Assembly (NCBI GenBank): GCA_951406725.2
Contig: OX597827.1
Location: 3,472,001 to 3,536,000 of the forward strand
Length of the DNA stretch: 64,000 nucleotides
DNA from: Octopus vulgaris
Taxonomy: Eukaryota
Direction: 5' to 3'
Shown: in pieces, positions 1 through 14,754 of the stretch
How positions within the stretch are numbered: position 1 is the stretch's first letter
Layout: the number at the start of each line of letters is the position of its first letter
Notes under the pieces: model-generated
The model's input: only the letters and a program-made list of their open reading frames with translations
The model's database searches: none
Told to the model about the DNA's origin: nothing
Position numbers and translations under genes: made by a program

Positions 1-672
1 ATATATATATATATATATATATACACACTATCACAAACACATACACACATATATATATATATATATATACATACACTCACACACATACATAAATATATAT
101 ATATATATATATATAACATTTCTGATATGCTTGCTTAGACACACACTCTAGATTTCTGCATCTATATTTAAGATAAAAGGATTTGTTGACCTTGTACTCT
201 GCCATCAGAACCGAAATGTTAGAGGCCAATAAATATATTCTTTGAATTTGTAACAAACTATATTATTGTAGATTTTTGTCTTAGAATTGACAATAAAAAT
301 CTAATTACATGCACACCCTGAAGCAAGGGGGGAGAGAGGGAGAGAGAGAGAGGAGGTGATTGAGCAATATACAGCAATCTATTGATTTGGTTGGTTATAT
401 ATAACAATCAACTTTATTGGAGATTTTTGTCTTGCAGCCTTACTAGCTGAAAATACAAACTGGTTATCTATACATGCAAATATATATATATATATATACA
501 TACATATATACACACACATTCGTAAACACATGCATATTCATATATGCATACATATACATATATATTCATATAAATACATATATTCATGGATACATATATA
601 CATATAGTTAAATATATCAATGAAAATCTATATGCATGAATATCTATATTCATTTTATATGTATATACATGC

Positions 673-710
<38 letters not shown>

Positions 711-847
711 GCATATACATATATATATATATATACACACACACACATGTATATATACATAGCTATACATATCAATGAAACTTTATATACATAAATATTT
801 ATATGATTATATATATATATATATATATATATATACGTGCACGCATG

Positions 848-891
<44 letters not shown>

Positions 892-1040
892 AATACATGT
901 ATGAATATAGTTACAGATAGCAATGAAAATATGTATATATATAGAGAGAGAGGTGAGAGAGTGAGTGATTTAAATGTATACATGTATATATGTGGTTGAT
1001 TAATAACAATAAACACAATAAATATATATTTTTTTTTTAA
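1..1040. repeat. (TA)n/(CA)n/(GA)n microsatellite-rich low-complexity region
   Basis: Directly visible dinucleotide tracts; the ORFs here are YI/CV repeats. Confidence 0.9.
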
Positions 1041-1449
1041 CAAAATCTGAAATATGCTCGTTCAAAGAAGAGATGTAGTAATTCTCAATAAATCTTGTAA
1101 TCTCACAGTATTCTATTATAGTTTAGCTAGATACGAATGATTTAACATCTTTAAACAAATGTTTATAAACATTGTGTGTGGTAAGTAAAATAAATATTCT
1201 GTGTTTGGTTTCCACATTGATAATAGGTCCTGAGCTCTCAACATCAGTGAGCGGGATGTTGCCAACATTTAGGAAAACAAGTTCTAACAATATTTCTACC
1301 AATATCCATATCTTCAATTGATTATATTCTATTGAAATATTGATTTCAACTACATTAGCAAGGTTAAATGGATCTAAAGCAATAACGCATAGTGCGTGTG
1401 TGTGCATATGAGTACATACACACACACGCATATATATATTATATATATA

Positions 1450-2347
1450 CAAGGTGGTACCAAAAAGTTCCCGGACTAGTTCTGTATCACAGCAACAGAT
1501 GGCAGCACACGGTTTGCACAGTGAGAGCTGGCAGTGACCTTCATGGGGCAGTGTGCTGAGTGACGTCGCTGCGTCTACTTTGCAAGTTATGTACTTTGTG
1601 TTTTTGTGATTGTGTGTATGCTGCAGTCTGCGATTTTGTCACGGGCTGGAACCTGGAACAAAGAGCCAACATGAAATTTTGCATTAAACTTGGCAAGTTT
1701 GCTACAGAAGCAACGCACATGCTTCAGCAAGCTTATGACAATGAGGCAATGGGTCATCGCAATGTTTCGAGTGGCACAGTCACTTCAAACATAGAAGAAT
1801 GTCCCTAGAAGACAACGAGGAATCTGGAAGACCTGCCACAAGCATCACCCCGGGTAAAAAATTCCTTGGCTTGTGCATGAGGATTGTTGGAAGACAATCA
1901 ATGATGTCTTGAAGTGTTTGAGGGAGAATGTTTTGGTGAAAGTGACTGGATCTATGAAGCACAAAGAACTGGACCCGTCACATCAACTGCCCCCTGTCAC
2001 CGAGCTCTTCTCACTTGGGATTTCTTGTCAAAAGCAACATGGTATCACTTCTGCACCCAGTCTCTTTGTCAGATTTAGCTCCCGCAGACTTTTGTCTCTT
2101 CCCTAAGATGAAAATGCAGCTCAAAGGTTGCTGTTTTAACATCATTGTCAAGATCAAGAGCAAATCGCAGGACCTCAACTTGCTTACGCAAAACAACTTC
2201 CTGAACGGATTCCAAAAGTGGCAGCAATACTGGGATCGGTGTATTGCTGTGCAAGGTGACTATTTCAAAGGAGAATGTTAAAACTTAGGTAAATAAGTTA
2301 TTTTTTATTAAGCATAACCAGCGTGGGAACTTTGTGATACCATCATC
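1450..2347 (+). mobile_element. Mariner (DD34D, irritans-like) transposon, internally deleted and degenerate
   Basis: Imperfect ~32-bp TIRs at 1450-1481 and 2316-2347. N-terminal EQRANMKFCIKLGK and C-terminal SDLAPADFCLFPKMK...WDRCIAVQGDYF fragments. Confidence 0.9.
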
Positions 2348-3467
2348 AACATTGTGTGTGGATATGCATATAATCAACACCATTGAAACATTTGTTTCCA
2401 TGTTGGATTAGGTTGAAAGGTTTGACAGGTTCTAATGGGACTAAGGACTACATCCAGTGCTCTAGTGTCTGCTTTGACATGGTTTCTATGGCTGGATGTC
2501 CTTCTCAGCATCAACCATTTAACAACATGTACTGAATGCTTTTATCACACCACCAGCACTAGTGAAATCACCACGCACAACAGGAAACTCTGAGAGGGAA
2601 ACTTAATGCTTGAGAATGAGGAGCAGAGAGGTGTAAAATACAAGAGAAAAGGGCTGGAGCAGAACAGGTTTCTTGCTGTAGAGGAGCTACATGACTATTC
2701 ACTCTTTAGAAGAGGGATTGGGAGTTATTTGATGGAGATGGGAAGTGATGATACTTGCCTAAGGTATCATGGCAAGGGGAGTGAACCTGAAACCAGTTTG
2801 GCTCACGACCACATGGTTCCAGGTTATGTCCCGTCTTGTTCCATTGTAAGGCACTTTGGTGTCTTATACTTTAGCCCAGGGCCAAGTAAAGTCTTATGAG
2901 TGGATATGGTAGACAGAAACTGAAAGAAGCCTGATATGTATGTGTATATAAATATAAATGCATAATTGTGTCTTTGTGTTTGCCCCACACCACTGGTTGG
3001 CAGCAGGTTTTGATTTGTTTACATTCCGGCAACATGGCAATTCAGCAAAAGGACCAAATAGAATACCAGGTCTAAAATAATAAGTGCTGGAGTTGTCTAA
3101 AACCCCTGCAAGTCCACAGTCTCCAGAGTGAAACAAGTAAAAGCTAAAAGCTAAAAGATATATCTTCCATGCCAGTACTTGTCACATCATCATTTGACAT
3201 CTGTTTTTCCATATTGCCATAGGCTTAATGCAACTGTTTCTGAAAAGGGTTTCACAAACTTGTTGTCATTCTCCATCTCTTTTGTGAGGGCTGGCATTGA
3301 GAGGTCAGCCTTCAGCACTTTTACAGCTTAATGACTGAAAGCCTATAGACCACAAAACAAAATTTATTTCAAAACAGTTCACTTTGCTTACATATAAGAA
3401 AGGATCATCTGGTTACTTCTCATTAAGGAAATTAACATCTAGGAATTTGTTTGTGTGTATGTGGAGG

Positions 3468-3471
<4 letters not shown>

Positions 3472-3530
<59 letters not shown>
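3472..3530. repeat. (GA)n microsatellite
   Basis: Perfect GA run. Confidence 0.95.
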
Positions 3531-3533
<3 letters not shown>

Positions 3534-4497
3534 TCATTAATCTGAAACTCTACTCTCCTACGTAATTACAGGCTCCAAAATGACCTGTGTAATCAGTACT
3601 TCATTAATATTGTAAGATACTATCAGTCTAATATGTAAAAGATGTGTTTTTTAATACACATACAGGCATACGTATATATATTTGCGTTTATGTGAAGTTG
3701 TATCAATGTGTATACATATATGTAATTGTGTGGGTGGAATGTTTCTCTTTACTTTATGAATTATAAATATTCTCTCTTGATGACTGCACTAGACCTTGTT
3801 AGATAATAAGAAATTAGACATATAGATATTTTGTTTGTGTGTGTATGTGTATTTGTGTAGGTATGTAAGTATTCAAGTATAAGTATTTAAGTATATGTTT
3901 ATCTGTATTATATATATATATATATACAGCATTCCACTATATTGTATGTTTACAGAACCATATTCAGTCCACATCCTAGAGCTACAGTAGAAGATAGTTG
4001 CCTAATGCCAAACAGTGGGACTGAACTTGAAATCACATGGTTTCAAGGCAAGCTTCTTAACCACACAGCCATGCTTGGTGCCGGTGCCATGTAAAAAGCA
4101 TTCAGTATACTCTGTAAAATAATTGGCTCTAGGAAGGGCATCCAGTCGTAGAAACCAAGTCAAAAACTATGGAACCTGATGCAGCCCGTGGCCTTGCCAG
4201 TTCCAACTCATGCCAGTATGGAAAACAGACATTAAATGTTGATGATAATGATGATGATGATGATGACTGTTTATATGTCTTATGATGAAGATTTATTAAG
4301 ATTCAGAGACCCATCCTGATATATGGCTGCATAGAAAAAAGAAAACATATGATGCTGACGATGTTGATGTTGATGATGATGGTAGTGATGACAAGGATTA
4401 TGATGATATATGTGTGCATATACATATATAAAAAACATAAATTTAGAACAACAATATTCCATATGAGTATATGTATATGTGTGTAATATATATATAT

Positions 4498-5360
4498 AGG
4501 GTGTGGTGAATAAACTGTCATCTAAATTACGCAAAAATGAAAATAACACTTGACATCTCATTTTAACAAATATATTTACCAAAATGACGTAAAAATATCT
4601 TGAAATACTAAAAAGTAAATTTATTTATTAATATCACCATTGGCTTCAACCACAGCCTCCAGACAACTATGGAATCTCCTGCAACTCTTCTGGATGGTCT
4701 CCTTGTTTAAGTTAATGATTGCTGCCTTAATCCTTGCCTTCAGTCCATCTTTGGTGTTACAAGGAGTTTTGTTGGCCTCTCGCTCAACTGTGACCTGCAC
4801 ATAATAATCTGGGGGCAGGGGATTGCAGTCCGTAGAGTTGGGTAGCCAGATGTTAGGGGTGATGTAGTCGCAGAAATTGTCTGACAACCATTACTGGGTT
4901 CTCCTGCTTGTGTGGCATGTTGCCAGACATAGTCTTCTTGCAGTCACCCTCTTGACTCAGGGCAGCAACTACCTCTTTCAGGCACTTGATATAGGCCTCT
5001 GTGTTGAGTCTGAGGCCGTGTGGCAAGATGAAGGGAGGCATAACATTGCCATCACTAGTGATCATTCTAAACACCATGATGTTGACTGGATGTTTGATTT
5101 TTATCACTCTCAGTAAATGTCCTCAGATTGACACCCAAACACTCGGAAATGTTTGTACTCGAGCTTCCGGCATGAATGCTAAGCAGTACAGTATGTCATT
5201 TCCAAATTTCTGGCAGAGTGAATTGCGTCATGGTGTTGTTTTTCTCAGACTGTGCCCAACTGACCCTACTATTCTGTGTAGTCGACAAAATCAAAAACAA
5301 ACAATGCACATGCACGAAATCGAAAATATAAAATGGCAACAGTTTACCAATCACACACTG
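4498..5360 (-). mobile_element. Tc1/mariner superfamily element (maT/DD37D-like), degenerate
   Basis: Imperfect TIRs in a TA context. Transposase fragments KHPVNIMVF..ITSDGNVMPPF and WLPNSTDCNPL..DYYV...LEAVVEANGD. Confidence 0.8.
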
Positions 5361-6532
5361 TACATATATATATATATATATATATAGTGACATCATGGTT
5401 TCTGTAACACACACATGTATAAAACATGTATGAAATGACTTTGTGGCCAAACAAATGGTAATATAAAGGAATAAACTTTGTATGTGGCCCCTGTAAGTTG
5501 AACCTTGTATGCTTTGGTTAATGCCCGAATCCATCAGAAATATCCAACCAGCTCGTCATTGTTTCTTTGTCTTATTAAATATAACGATTACGATAAATTT
5601 GATTTAATCTCCACTGGTCGTTTTTTTCCCCGCCATTTTTTTTTCTCTTCCTGTGCTGCCATTCAGAACACAAGAGGCAACCGTCCTAACTACATTACTT
5701 CAAACCCTTTTTTTCATTTCCCTTTTGGATAACAAAATAAGTAAATTGCAGCCGGAGACAGAGAGGAGATAAATGGTGTGTGGGGGTGGTGGGGGTAGAG
5801 GAAAAAAATACGGTGGGGTGTTGGGGAAGGGGGTGATATTTCATGTCCATCCAAACAAGATTAGAATGAGGAAGGCAGTAAATCTGAATGATGATAATGA
5901 TAGAAAGGAAGAAAGTGATGACGATCAAGATGATGCAATGCTGCTGACAATGATGACGACTATGACAACCATAATGGCAACAGTAAAGCATAACAATGGT
6001 GCTATTGATAATAATGAGGCATATTTCTGACAATGATGATGATGATGGATCTAGCAAGGATAATGAAAAGATGGAGTAAAACACAACTAGTAACTTTCAA
6101 CCGTCATGTTCTGTTTGTCTGTCCGTCTGCATTAATGTTCGTTTTTATGTTCAGTTATGATAAAAACAATTTTACATTAATCCAATGGGTTACTCTATGC
6201 TGTTATAGTCAGACAGTGGCTTAGCTGGCCAAAATTTCGAAGTCACTGTCAACGACATTCTTCTCTAAGAATAATCTCACTCTCTCCCTCTCATATGTGT
6301 GTGTGTATGAGTATTTGAGTAGCAGTCAAAATATCAACACTCCAGCTAGAAAGCTAGTCTTTGCAAGGAGGGACAGAAAAGGTCCAGTGCAACTGCAATG
6401 GTTTACTTTTAGCAGCAAGTAAATGAAGTTGGAAGGTTGTGGAAACCAGACACTGGTTCCTTAGACAAAGTAGCTAATTCTGTTTGGAGAGGATTGTCAC
6501 AAGAATGAATGGAGAAACAGGGGTTTCCCACT

Positions 6533-6765
6533 TTAAGGCGGCGAGCTGGCAGACTCGTTAAGCACGTTGGGCAAAATGCTTAGCAGTATTTCGTCTGCCG
6601 TTACGTTCTGAGTTCAAATTCCGCCGAGGTCGACTTTGCCTTTCATCCTTTCAGGGTCGATAAATTAAGTACCGGTTATGCACTGGGTTCAATGTATTCG
6701 ACTTAATCCCTTTGTCTGTCCTTGCTTGTCCCCTCTATGTTTAGCCCCTTGTGGGCAATAAAGAA
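6533..6765 (+). mobile_element. tRNA-derived SINE, family A (central domain resembles, from memory, the MetaSINE domain), full length with TSD
   Basis: A/B-box head (GAGTTCAAATTCC), GCCTTTCATCCTTTCAGGGTCGATAAATTAAGTACC core, TSD GTTTCCCACT at 6523-6532 and 6770-6779. About 20 copies in the window. Confidence 0.9.
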
Positions 6766-6887
6766 AGGTGTTTCCCACTGGAGGTTTACAGTTCAGGATT
6801 CTCAGGTCATTCTCTAAGTAAGGCATATGGAGAAAAAGGAGACCCATCAATGTCAATGTAGGGGCTGGACTGCTGAGTATGCATCTA

Positions 6888-7101
6888 TGAAGGGATGCTG
6901 AAAAGTCCCTGGCTTTTAGAGTATCACAAAATGCCTGGTTGGAGGCCCAACCTTCTAAAATTTTTTACAAGCCTCAGAAAAACTGAAAGAATGCAGTAAT
7001 AAGAATTTAAATATGTGAGGGGAATATGTTGGATAAAATCTTAATAAACTGATCCACCTGTATTTTTTTTGTCCAAATCCAGGAACTTTTCAGCACCACC
7101 C
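6888..7101 (+). mobile_element. Mariner-derived MITE (~210 bp)
   Basis: TIRs TGCTGAAAAGT(C/T)CCTGG(C/A)TTT at both ends; internal remnant of a mariner C-terminus. Confidence 0.75.
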
Positions 7102-8643
7102 CCTCCTTGTAGAATGTACTGGCTGAAAGGAGGTGATCCAAAGAGTTAGTACACAGGCCTAGACTTAAATGACTAATGCTAGTACACAGGCCTAGATCTG
7201 AAACACTGTGATTCCAGCATACACTACTGACATATCAAATCAATGCATTTATAGATGTATGTAGAACTATATGCGTGTGTGTGTGTACATATGCATGATC
7301 TGAAACACTGTGAATCCAGCATACACAACTGACAAGGGTCTTCTGATTTACCTAAGCCTTGTGAGTGAATCTGATAGGCAGAAACTGAAAGAAGCTCATG
7401 GTGTGTGTGTGTGTCACCCATGTCTATTATTATTATTATCTCTCCCTTACCATGTCTTTCCTACAACCATCAAATCACAACTGTTAAAGATGTACCATAT
7501 TTGATTGCATAAAAGATGCGTATTTTTTCCAAAATAATAATAAGAAAAAGAGTCTCAAAAAGGTCACCATGGATCTCTTATATGTGAAGTTAGGCCTACG
7601 TTACATACTTTAAAAACATTTTTCTCTTGAATGTGCGCTACTGAAATTGAGGTGCATCTAATATGCCTGTGTGTCTTTTATGTCATCAAATGCAGTACAT
7701 TAACTGCATCCGTCTCACTGGTCAGAGAGAACCTACAAAAGCTATGGTTACAAGCTCTACCTCCAGTCCAATAAAGGAAATACAAAAGAAAGAAACCTTG
7801 TTCATTGAATTGACAGATTTTAATTAAATATTCCATACATATTGAACATTCAGATAAATATACCTTTGTATGCCAGAAGGAAGAAATATTTTCTGTATAT
7901 ATAGTATTTTATTGCATTGTCATGTAGATTTTCACATTCATGCATCCATTGAAAAAACCCACATTCACAAACATAGAGAGAGAAATAAATAAATCTAAAC
8001 ACACTAATACATACAGATATCAACACACAAACACACACTTAGGTGCCATACATGAATGGCTGAAAGTACACGTACACACACTCATAGATGTCTTTATGCA
8101 AATGTGCACATACATGCATGCATAAACACAACACCGTGTGCACATGGATACTGAGACGTTTTTGTAGCTGAGCCAATGAAAAATCTCTGCATGGATCAGT
8201 TGTCTTGCTAAAAATAGTAACCAAATCTTCCTGAAACATATACTATGTATTGTGAAATAAATGGAACACATTAGATAATATGAACCTATCGCTACAATAT
8301 CTGAAAATATGACACCACAGTCATGGTTGGAATGTCTTTGATTACAGTTCTACTCATTTACAGCTGTGAGGCCTCTGTCAGTCAATGCTGTCTTTGCATC
8401 TGCACATGTATCTTTTATCTTTTGCTTGCTTCAATCACTGAACTGTGGCCATACTGGGGCACCACCTTCAAGGGTTTTAGTTGAACAGATTAAACCCCAG
8501 TATTAATTTTTTTTTATTAAATCTGGTACATATCCTTTTGGTTTCTTTTGCCAAACCACTAAGTCACAGGAACATAAACAAACCAACACTGGTTGCCAAG
8601 CAGCAGTGCAGAGAACATTCAGACACAAAGACCTCCACACATC

Positions 8644-8674
<31 letters not shown>

Positions 8675-8929
8675 ACCCATCCCCACACCCTCACACCCCA
8701 CACACTAGCACTGACCACTTCTCAGTACCCACACCACACACCATCATTCACACATATTCACACACATCAGAGTCACTAGCCCCTATTCACACACACGTAC
8801 TTACACATTCACGCTCACTATTCTCATATACACACACATGCAGACCTTCACCTGGGATCACTAGCACTTTAATATCTCCCTTTCTTTCAAACTTTTTTCT
8901 AATCATTTGCCATGCTTCACTACCAAATC

Positions 8930-9280
8930 ACAATTTTTTTTTCTTTCTAGCTGTGTTTATTTTCTCTTATGCCTTTCTGTTGAAGAACGTAGGCTTGAAA
9001 CATAAAAGACTTTTTCATTTTCCCAAACGAATACACCTACTTGTTCATATATCTGTCTTCATCTTTTATTTTTCTAAAAATTTCAACTATAGATCGCTAG
9101 CCACTACACATCCTTTATTTTCTTTCCTTGTTTCTTTCTGTGTTCTTTTCTGTGGATGAGTCTAGGCTCGAAACATTAAAGACTTTTTCACTTCCCGAGC
9201 ATTATACTAATACATCTGTTTGTTGTCTACACCACCTGTCTTCGGCTTTTGTTTTTTTTTTTTGTGAATTCTCCCTATAC
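8930..9280 (+). mobile_element. Tandem ~173-bp repeat pair with hammerhead-like folds (probable Penelope-like pLTR remnants), inserted in a family B SINE
   Basis: Two related units, CTTT-CTG(T)(T/G)GA-N-GA(A/G)Y-NTAG-GCTY-GAAAC-ATH-AAAG, at 8973-9008 and 9146-9181. Confidence 0.55.
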
Positions 9281-12200
9281 ACACACACACACATATATAT
9301 ATATATAGACTGCCACACAGGTTCCATTAACCAAATTCATTCACAAAGCATTAGTCAGCCCAGGGCTATAATAGTAGGTGCTGTGCAGTAAAACTGAACC
9401 CAAAACCATACAGTTTCAAAGTAAGGTCTCAACCATAAAGCTATACCTATAAGGATTTATTTCATCAACAAATTTTGAAATTCTGGTGGGTTAACTGGTG
9501 AGTTAACTAAGTCCATCGACAAATTTTGAAATTCTGTGAGTTAACTAAGTCCATCAAGTATTTCAAGTCATGTGTCTAAGGGTTAGTCTTATATCTATCT
9601 GAGAGAACAGCTTTTGAAAAGACCTGAAATTTTGTGAGGAGAAGGCTAGTTGATTATATTGGGCTCAGTGCTCAACTGTCATTTTATTGAGCCTGAAATG
9701 ATGTAAGGCAAAGTTGACCTCAACAGCATTCAAACTCAGAACATAAAGCCAAATGAAATGCTGTTAAGTATTTGGTCTAGCAAGCTAACGATTCAGCCAG
9801 TTCACCTCCTCAACAGTTGGAAATAATGGCATCAGAACTGATCAATGCTTAAACACACAGGAACTATTTCAAGGAAGTGAAAACCAGGAAATGTACCTCA
9901 CAGGGAATTAAAAATAGAATTTTGGTACATACAGACACATACTTATACACACGTGTGTGTGTGTATGCATAAACACACGCGTATTCAGATATGCATAAGT
10001 ATATGTATACATATGTACACATAAGCACAGACACATACATATATATTTATGCATAACACAAAGAAATATGAATATATATACACAGGCATATCTATAAACT
10101 TAAGAAGTACACTATCAATGATCAATCAATACAGACTTACTATATTTACTGACTTCCAAGATTGCCATAGAAAAAAAAGAAAGAAAACATCCCCTCCTTT
10201 TCAACCAGTCTTCCACTATCTTTAATCAAAATTCTATAACACCAACATCATTGCCACCAATAAATATCACCCCTTTCATCCACCACCCCACCAACACTGG
10301 CAATGTTCCACTAAAAATTGGTAAGTGCAATATCTATCATAACTCAATTGCAAATTTAATCAGTAATTAAGAGCATTAAAACTATCTGCCTATGTCTCTA
10401 AGTAATAACTGCTTCTGATTTAGGCACAGGGACAAACAAATTCTTAAGGGAAAAGGTCAGTCAATATCGTTTACTCCAGTATTTGACTGGTACGAATGGC
10501 TTCAAATTTTGGCGCAAGGCAAGCAATTTTGAGGGGCAGGGCAAGTCAATTACATCAACCTCCAGTGATCAGCTGGTACTTATTTTATTGACCCCTAAAA
10601 GGATAAAAGACAAAGTCAACTCGGTAGAATGTGAACTCAGAACGTAAGGAAGGATGAAATGCCATAAAGCATTTTGCCCAGCGTGCTAACGATTCTGCCA
10701 TCTCACCACCTTTGACTAATACTAATAATAACAACAAAAAAAGCATATCAAGTATATTTTAACAAGAGAATGCTGGTTATCTCCTAAAAAATATTTCAAA
10801 CAATAATTAAAATAAATTACTTCTTCTGGTGTTTACCACTCACACCATTTTTCTCTATTTCCCACTCACCTTTCTCACTCTCATAAACTTATTTGCCCAT
10901 TCATTCTTTCCAATCCTCTCTACCACTGAGGGTGAGCCAGGATACTTCTACACCATCGCCTCTCTCTCTCTCTCTCGCCAGCATGACACTTGTTAACCTT
11001 TATCATACTCTAACCCCTCATCACCTGGCACAAAGCCATCTTCCTCAGTACTATCCCCACTTAGTTGAGGGGTCTTGTCTTGCAAGTGACTTGGTGACTT
11101 TGCGGGTGCTACAGCCATGTAAAAAATATCCAGCACACTTGGTAAAGTGGATTGCATTGGGAAGGGCGTCCTGTTACAGAAACCATGCCAAAGCAAACAA
11201 TAGAGCTTGGTCCTCTGATTCACCAGTTCCTGTCAAACAGTGCAACCCATGACAGTGGTCAAAACAGGCATTAAATGAGGATGGATGATGATGATGATGA
11301 TGACGAGGACAAAATGGAAAAAAAATGAAGGTTTATTGAAAATAATATTTGTTAAAATTTATTATTCTCTTACTTATACACTTTATATTTTGTCTCCAAT
11401 GATGGAATACACAGGATATGGAAATGCGGATCAACACATGGATCCATTACCTGGGATATCCCAGAAACAGTTATAAGACACTATTATATCATTTTTATTT
11501 TAGTTTTGCTTTCTATGCTGTACCATTAAACTAATTTTAATGAATTGATAAGCTTGTCCTGCCTTGATTTTATTTTCCTCTTCTTTAAATTATACCTGCT
11601 GACTCACAGGCAGGCTATGGATCACCTATTGGATAGTGGCCACCACAACTTCAGATCCCATTGGGAAATTGGATCCCAGTAGCTTATCAATTGGAGCACT
11701 CAAACCGCATACCTATTAGTTTAGGTTACCAGTTACTTAAACTCTTCCTCTTCTGTATAATTACACATATAATTAATGTATTACATATGTTCTTAATGGT
11801 TGATGACCTGATACCATAAGAACATGGACTATCAGAGTATGTTCCATAACAACACCAGACTAATTCTTATGTCCTTCACATGAAAGATATACAAATAAAA
11901 ACTGTATTACTTAGCCCATCATTGATAGAGAAATGTGAACACTAAATTTAGTGCTCAACAAATAATACACCCCCCTCCAAACATTCAAAACTTGTTATCA
12001 ACAGAAAGGAATAGACTAGTATTCAGTGAAAAGAATGTCAATCTAAATAATCTTTTCTACTCTAGGCACAAGGCCCAATGCTAATCTAAATAATAGGTAG
12101 AAATTTCCATATCAAGTTTCACCACTATCGAGCTTCACAAATAACAAAAAAAGAATATCTTTCAAATGTAGATATTTTGCAACAACACTATCTCTGAAAA

Positions 12201-13758
12201 AATAAACTACAATATATTTGTGTAAAATAACTTGGGTCTAAACAAAATGTGTGATCCCAACAAAGTCATTACCTTCCAAAAATACATTCAGAAATAAAAA
12301 AAAGAAACAATAAATAAAATTTTAAAAAATGAAAACATAGGCACAAACGAGCTAAGCAGTTAATTGTATTGCACCGTGTTCCTAGTATAGCAGGAATAAC
12401 TTTAATGTAAAGTAGCGGTTTGGGTGGACAAGTATGGTAGTTGATAGACCTACTATTGTTATTCTACTGAATTTTTTTTTCTGTCCATTAGTTTGTCTGC
12501 AATGTACAAATATGGTAGTTAAGAGATAAGCCTATCACTGTCAATTTCCTGATTTTTTTTTTTTTTTTTGTGATTCTGTCCACTCGTTTGCTTGGAATCA
12601 TTACTCTTGAGCTGTGTGTGGATTTATTTATTTATCTTTGTGCTCAGGAGCCCAGGTAGGAAATAGTGTTAGATACAGGGGCTCAAGTCTGAGAAGGTTA
12701 CGAAGCTGGCTTTGTAACCATGTAGTTTGGGGTTCAGTCCCATTGCACAGCACTGCACCTTAGGCAGGTGACTTCTACTACAGTCCTGGGATGACTAATC
12801 TTTGTAGATGAATTTGGTGGTTGAAAACTGTGTGGAAGTTCATCATATATATAAGTATGTGTGTGTGTCTGTATCTCCTTGTGCTTATCCTCACCACCAC
12901 AAACCTATGATTAAGGCATTTCAACCATGCCATCCATTATTTATTTTTTTGCAAGGGTTTGTGTGACTACAATATTTAATGTAGCTTTTCTTTAAGAATT
13001 GCTTTTTGTTTCTTCTTGTTCTTCATCAGTTTATTACATTACTTAATGTTATTTTTTCCTTTTGTAGTCATTATTATTATATTAATTATCATCATCATCA
13101 TCATCATCACTTGATGTCCACTGAGAGAAATTTGGCTGGTTTTTCTAACAGGTTAAAATGATCACAGAGAGCAGACATGGGAAAACATTTTTGAGAAGCA
13201 GGCTGTGTGAAGCATGATTCATCACTAGGTAGACCACACAACCCCACCAAAAAATTAAAGATAATTTTTTTGTCATGCATGTCATTCCCGCAGTCCCATG
13301 GGCTGCAAGTTGCCTGTGACTGACAAAAAGAGTTCTTTGTAAATTGTCAGATTGCATTTATGTAGATATGTTTAATGCATGGTGCCCCAGCTTGGCCACA
13401 TGCAAAAGAATAAAAGAGTCCATGTGAGTGTAATGAGTGTATGTTTGTGAGTGTGGTAAAATACATAAAATATATACTGAAAGTAAAACAAATATAACAA
13501 CAATAACAATAATCTTTATAACAATAATCATCTTTTCTACCATAGGCATTAGGCCTGAATTTTCGTTGGGGTGGGCCTGGTTGATTACATCTCCCTCAGT
13601 ACTCAATTGGTACTTATTTTATCAAACCCCAAAACTAAAAGGCAAAGTCAACTTCAATGAAATTTTAACTCAGAAAGTAAAGAGCCTGAAGAAATGCAGA
13701 GAAGCATTTTGTCTGCTGCACTAACAACTCTGCCAACTCACTGTCTTAACAACAACAA

Positions 13759-13805
<47 letters not shown>

Positions 13806-14643
13806 AAAATAAAAATAATCCTTTCTACTATAGGCACATGACCTGAAATTTTGGTGGAAGAGGGCTAGTTGATTACATCAACCCCAGTGCATGACTGGTA
13901 GTTAACCAACCTTGAAAGGATGAAAAGCAAAGTCAATCTAGTAAGTCTTTGAACTCCAAACATAAAGATGGATGATGATGATGATGTGACACATAAAAGG
14001 CACCTGTGCCAGTGACATGTAAATGACACCCGCACTGATGACACGTAAAATGGTACCAATGCCGGTGACATGTAACATAGCTGGTATTGGGAAACCAAGC
14101 CAAAACAGAAGACTGAAGCCTGAGCAGCTCTCCAACTTAACAGCTCTGGCCAAGCTATCTAACCCATGCCAGCAATGAAAATGGACATCAAATAATGATG
14201 ATGATGATGATAATTACTATAATAATAATGATTACTAAAGGAAAAAATAACATTAAATAAAGTAATAAACTGATGAAGAAGAAGAAGAAGAAGAAGAAAC
14301 AAAAAAAAAACAAGACAAAAATAATAAATAAAGAAAAAAGTGGATTATTTAAACCAGCATTTAATAATCTGGCATTTTGTAATGGCAAAGAGTAAAGTAA
14401 AATGAAAATGAAATGAAATAAGACAAAATTAAATAAAATGAACAATAGCTGAAAAGTGAAGAGATGAAAATTTGCCAAGAGGGGAAGTGCCAACAGATTT
14501 TATCAAGGTTCCAATGGAAGTAGTTTGGATGTGATCAAGGACATTTTAAATTTGTTTCATGAGAAAAAGAATGAATGAATATATATGAATAAATAATGTT
14601 AATCAACAGGTAAAAATAAAATATAAAATTGCATTATGCATGT

Positions 14644-14692
<49 letters not shown>

Positions 14693-14754
14693 TAGATAGA
14701 TAGATAGATAGATAGTTTTATATTTATATTTATATATATAGATAGATAGTTTTC

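Noticed and set aside
197-225. CTCT...CCGAAATGTTAGAG, a possible hammerhead remnant
   Set aside because: No CUGANGA core or stem II is recognisable.
7147-7334. Local 17-bp and 38-bp direct duplications (also at 9463-9557 and 12430-12600)
   Set aside because: Ordinary slippage-type tandem duplications with no further structure.
10150-12240. Possible Penelope linker/GIY-YIG relics (NVPLKIGK-like at ~10300; SSFTNNKKEY-like at ~12130)
   Set aside because: Too degenerate to support without a translated HMM search.
13141-13235. Plus-strand exon-like segment (TTTTCTAACAG...AG|GTAGAC)
   Set aside because: Weak donor, no recognisable product and no partner exons.
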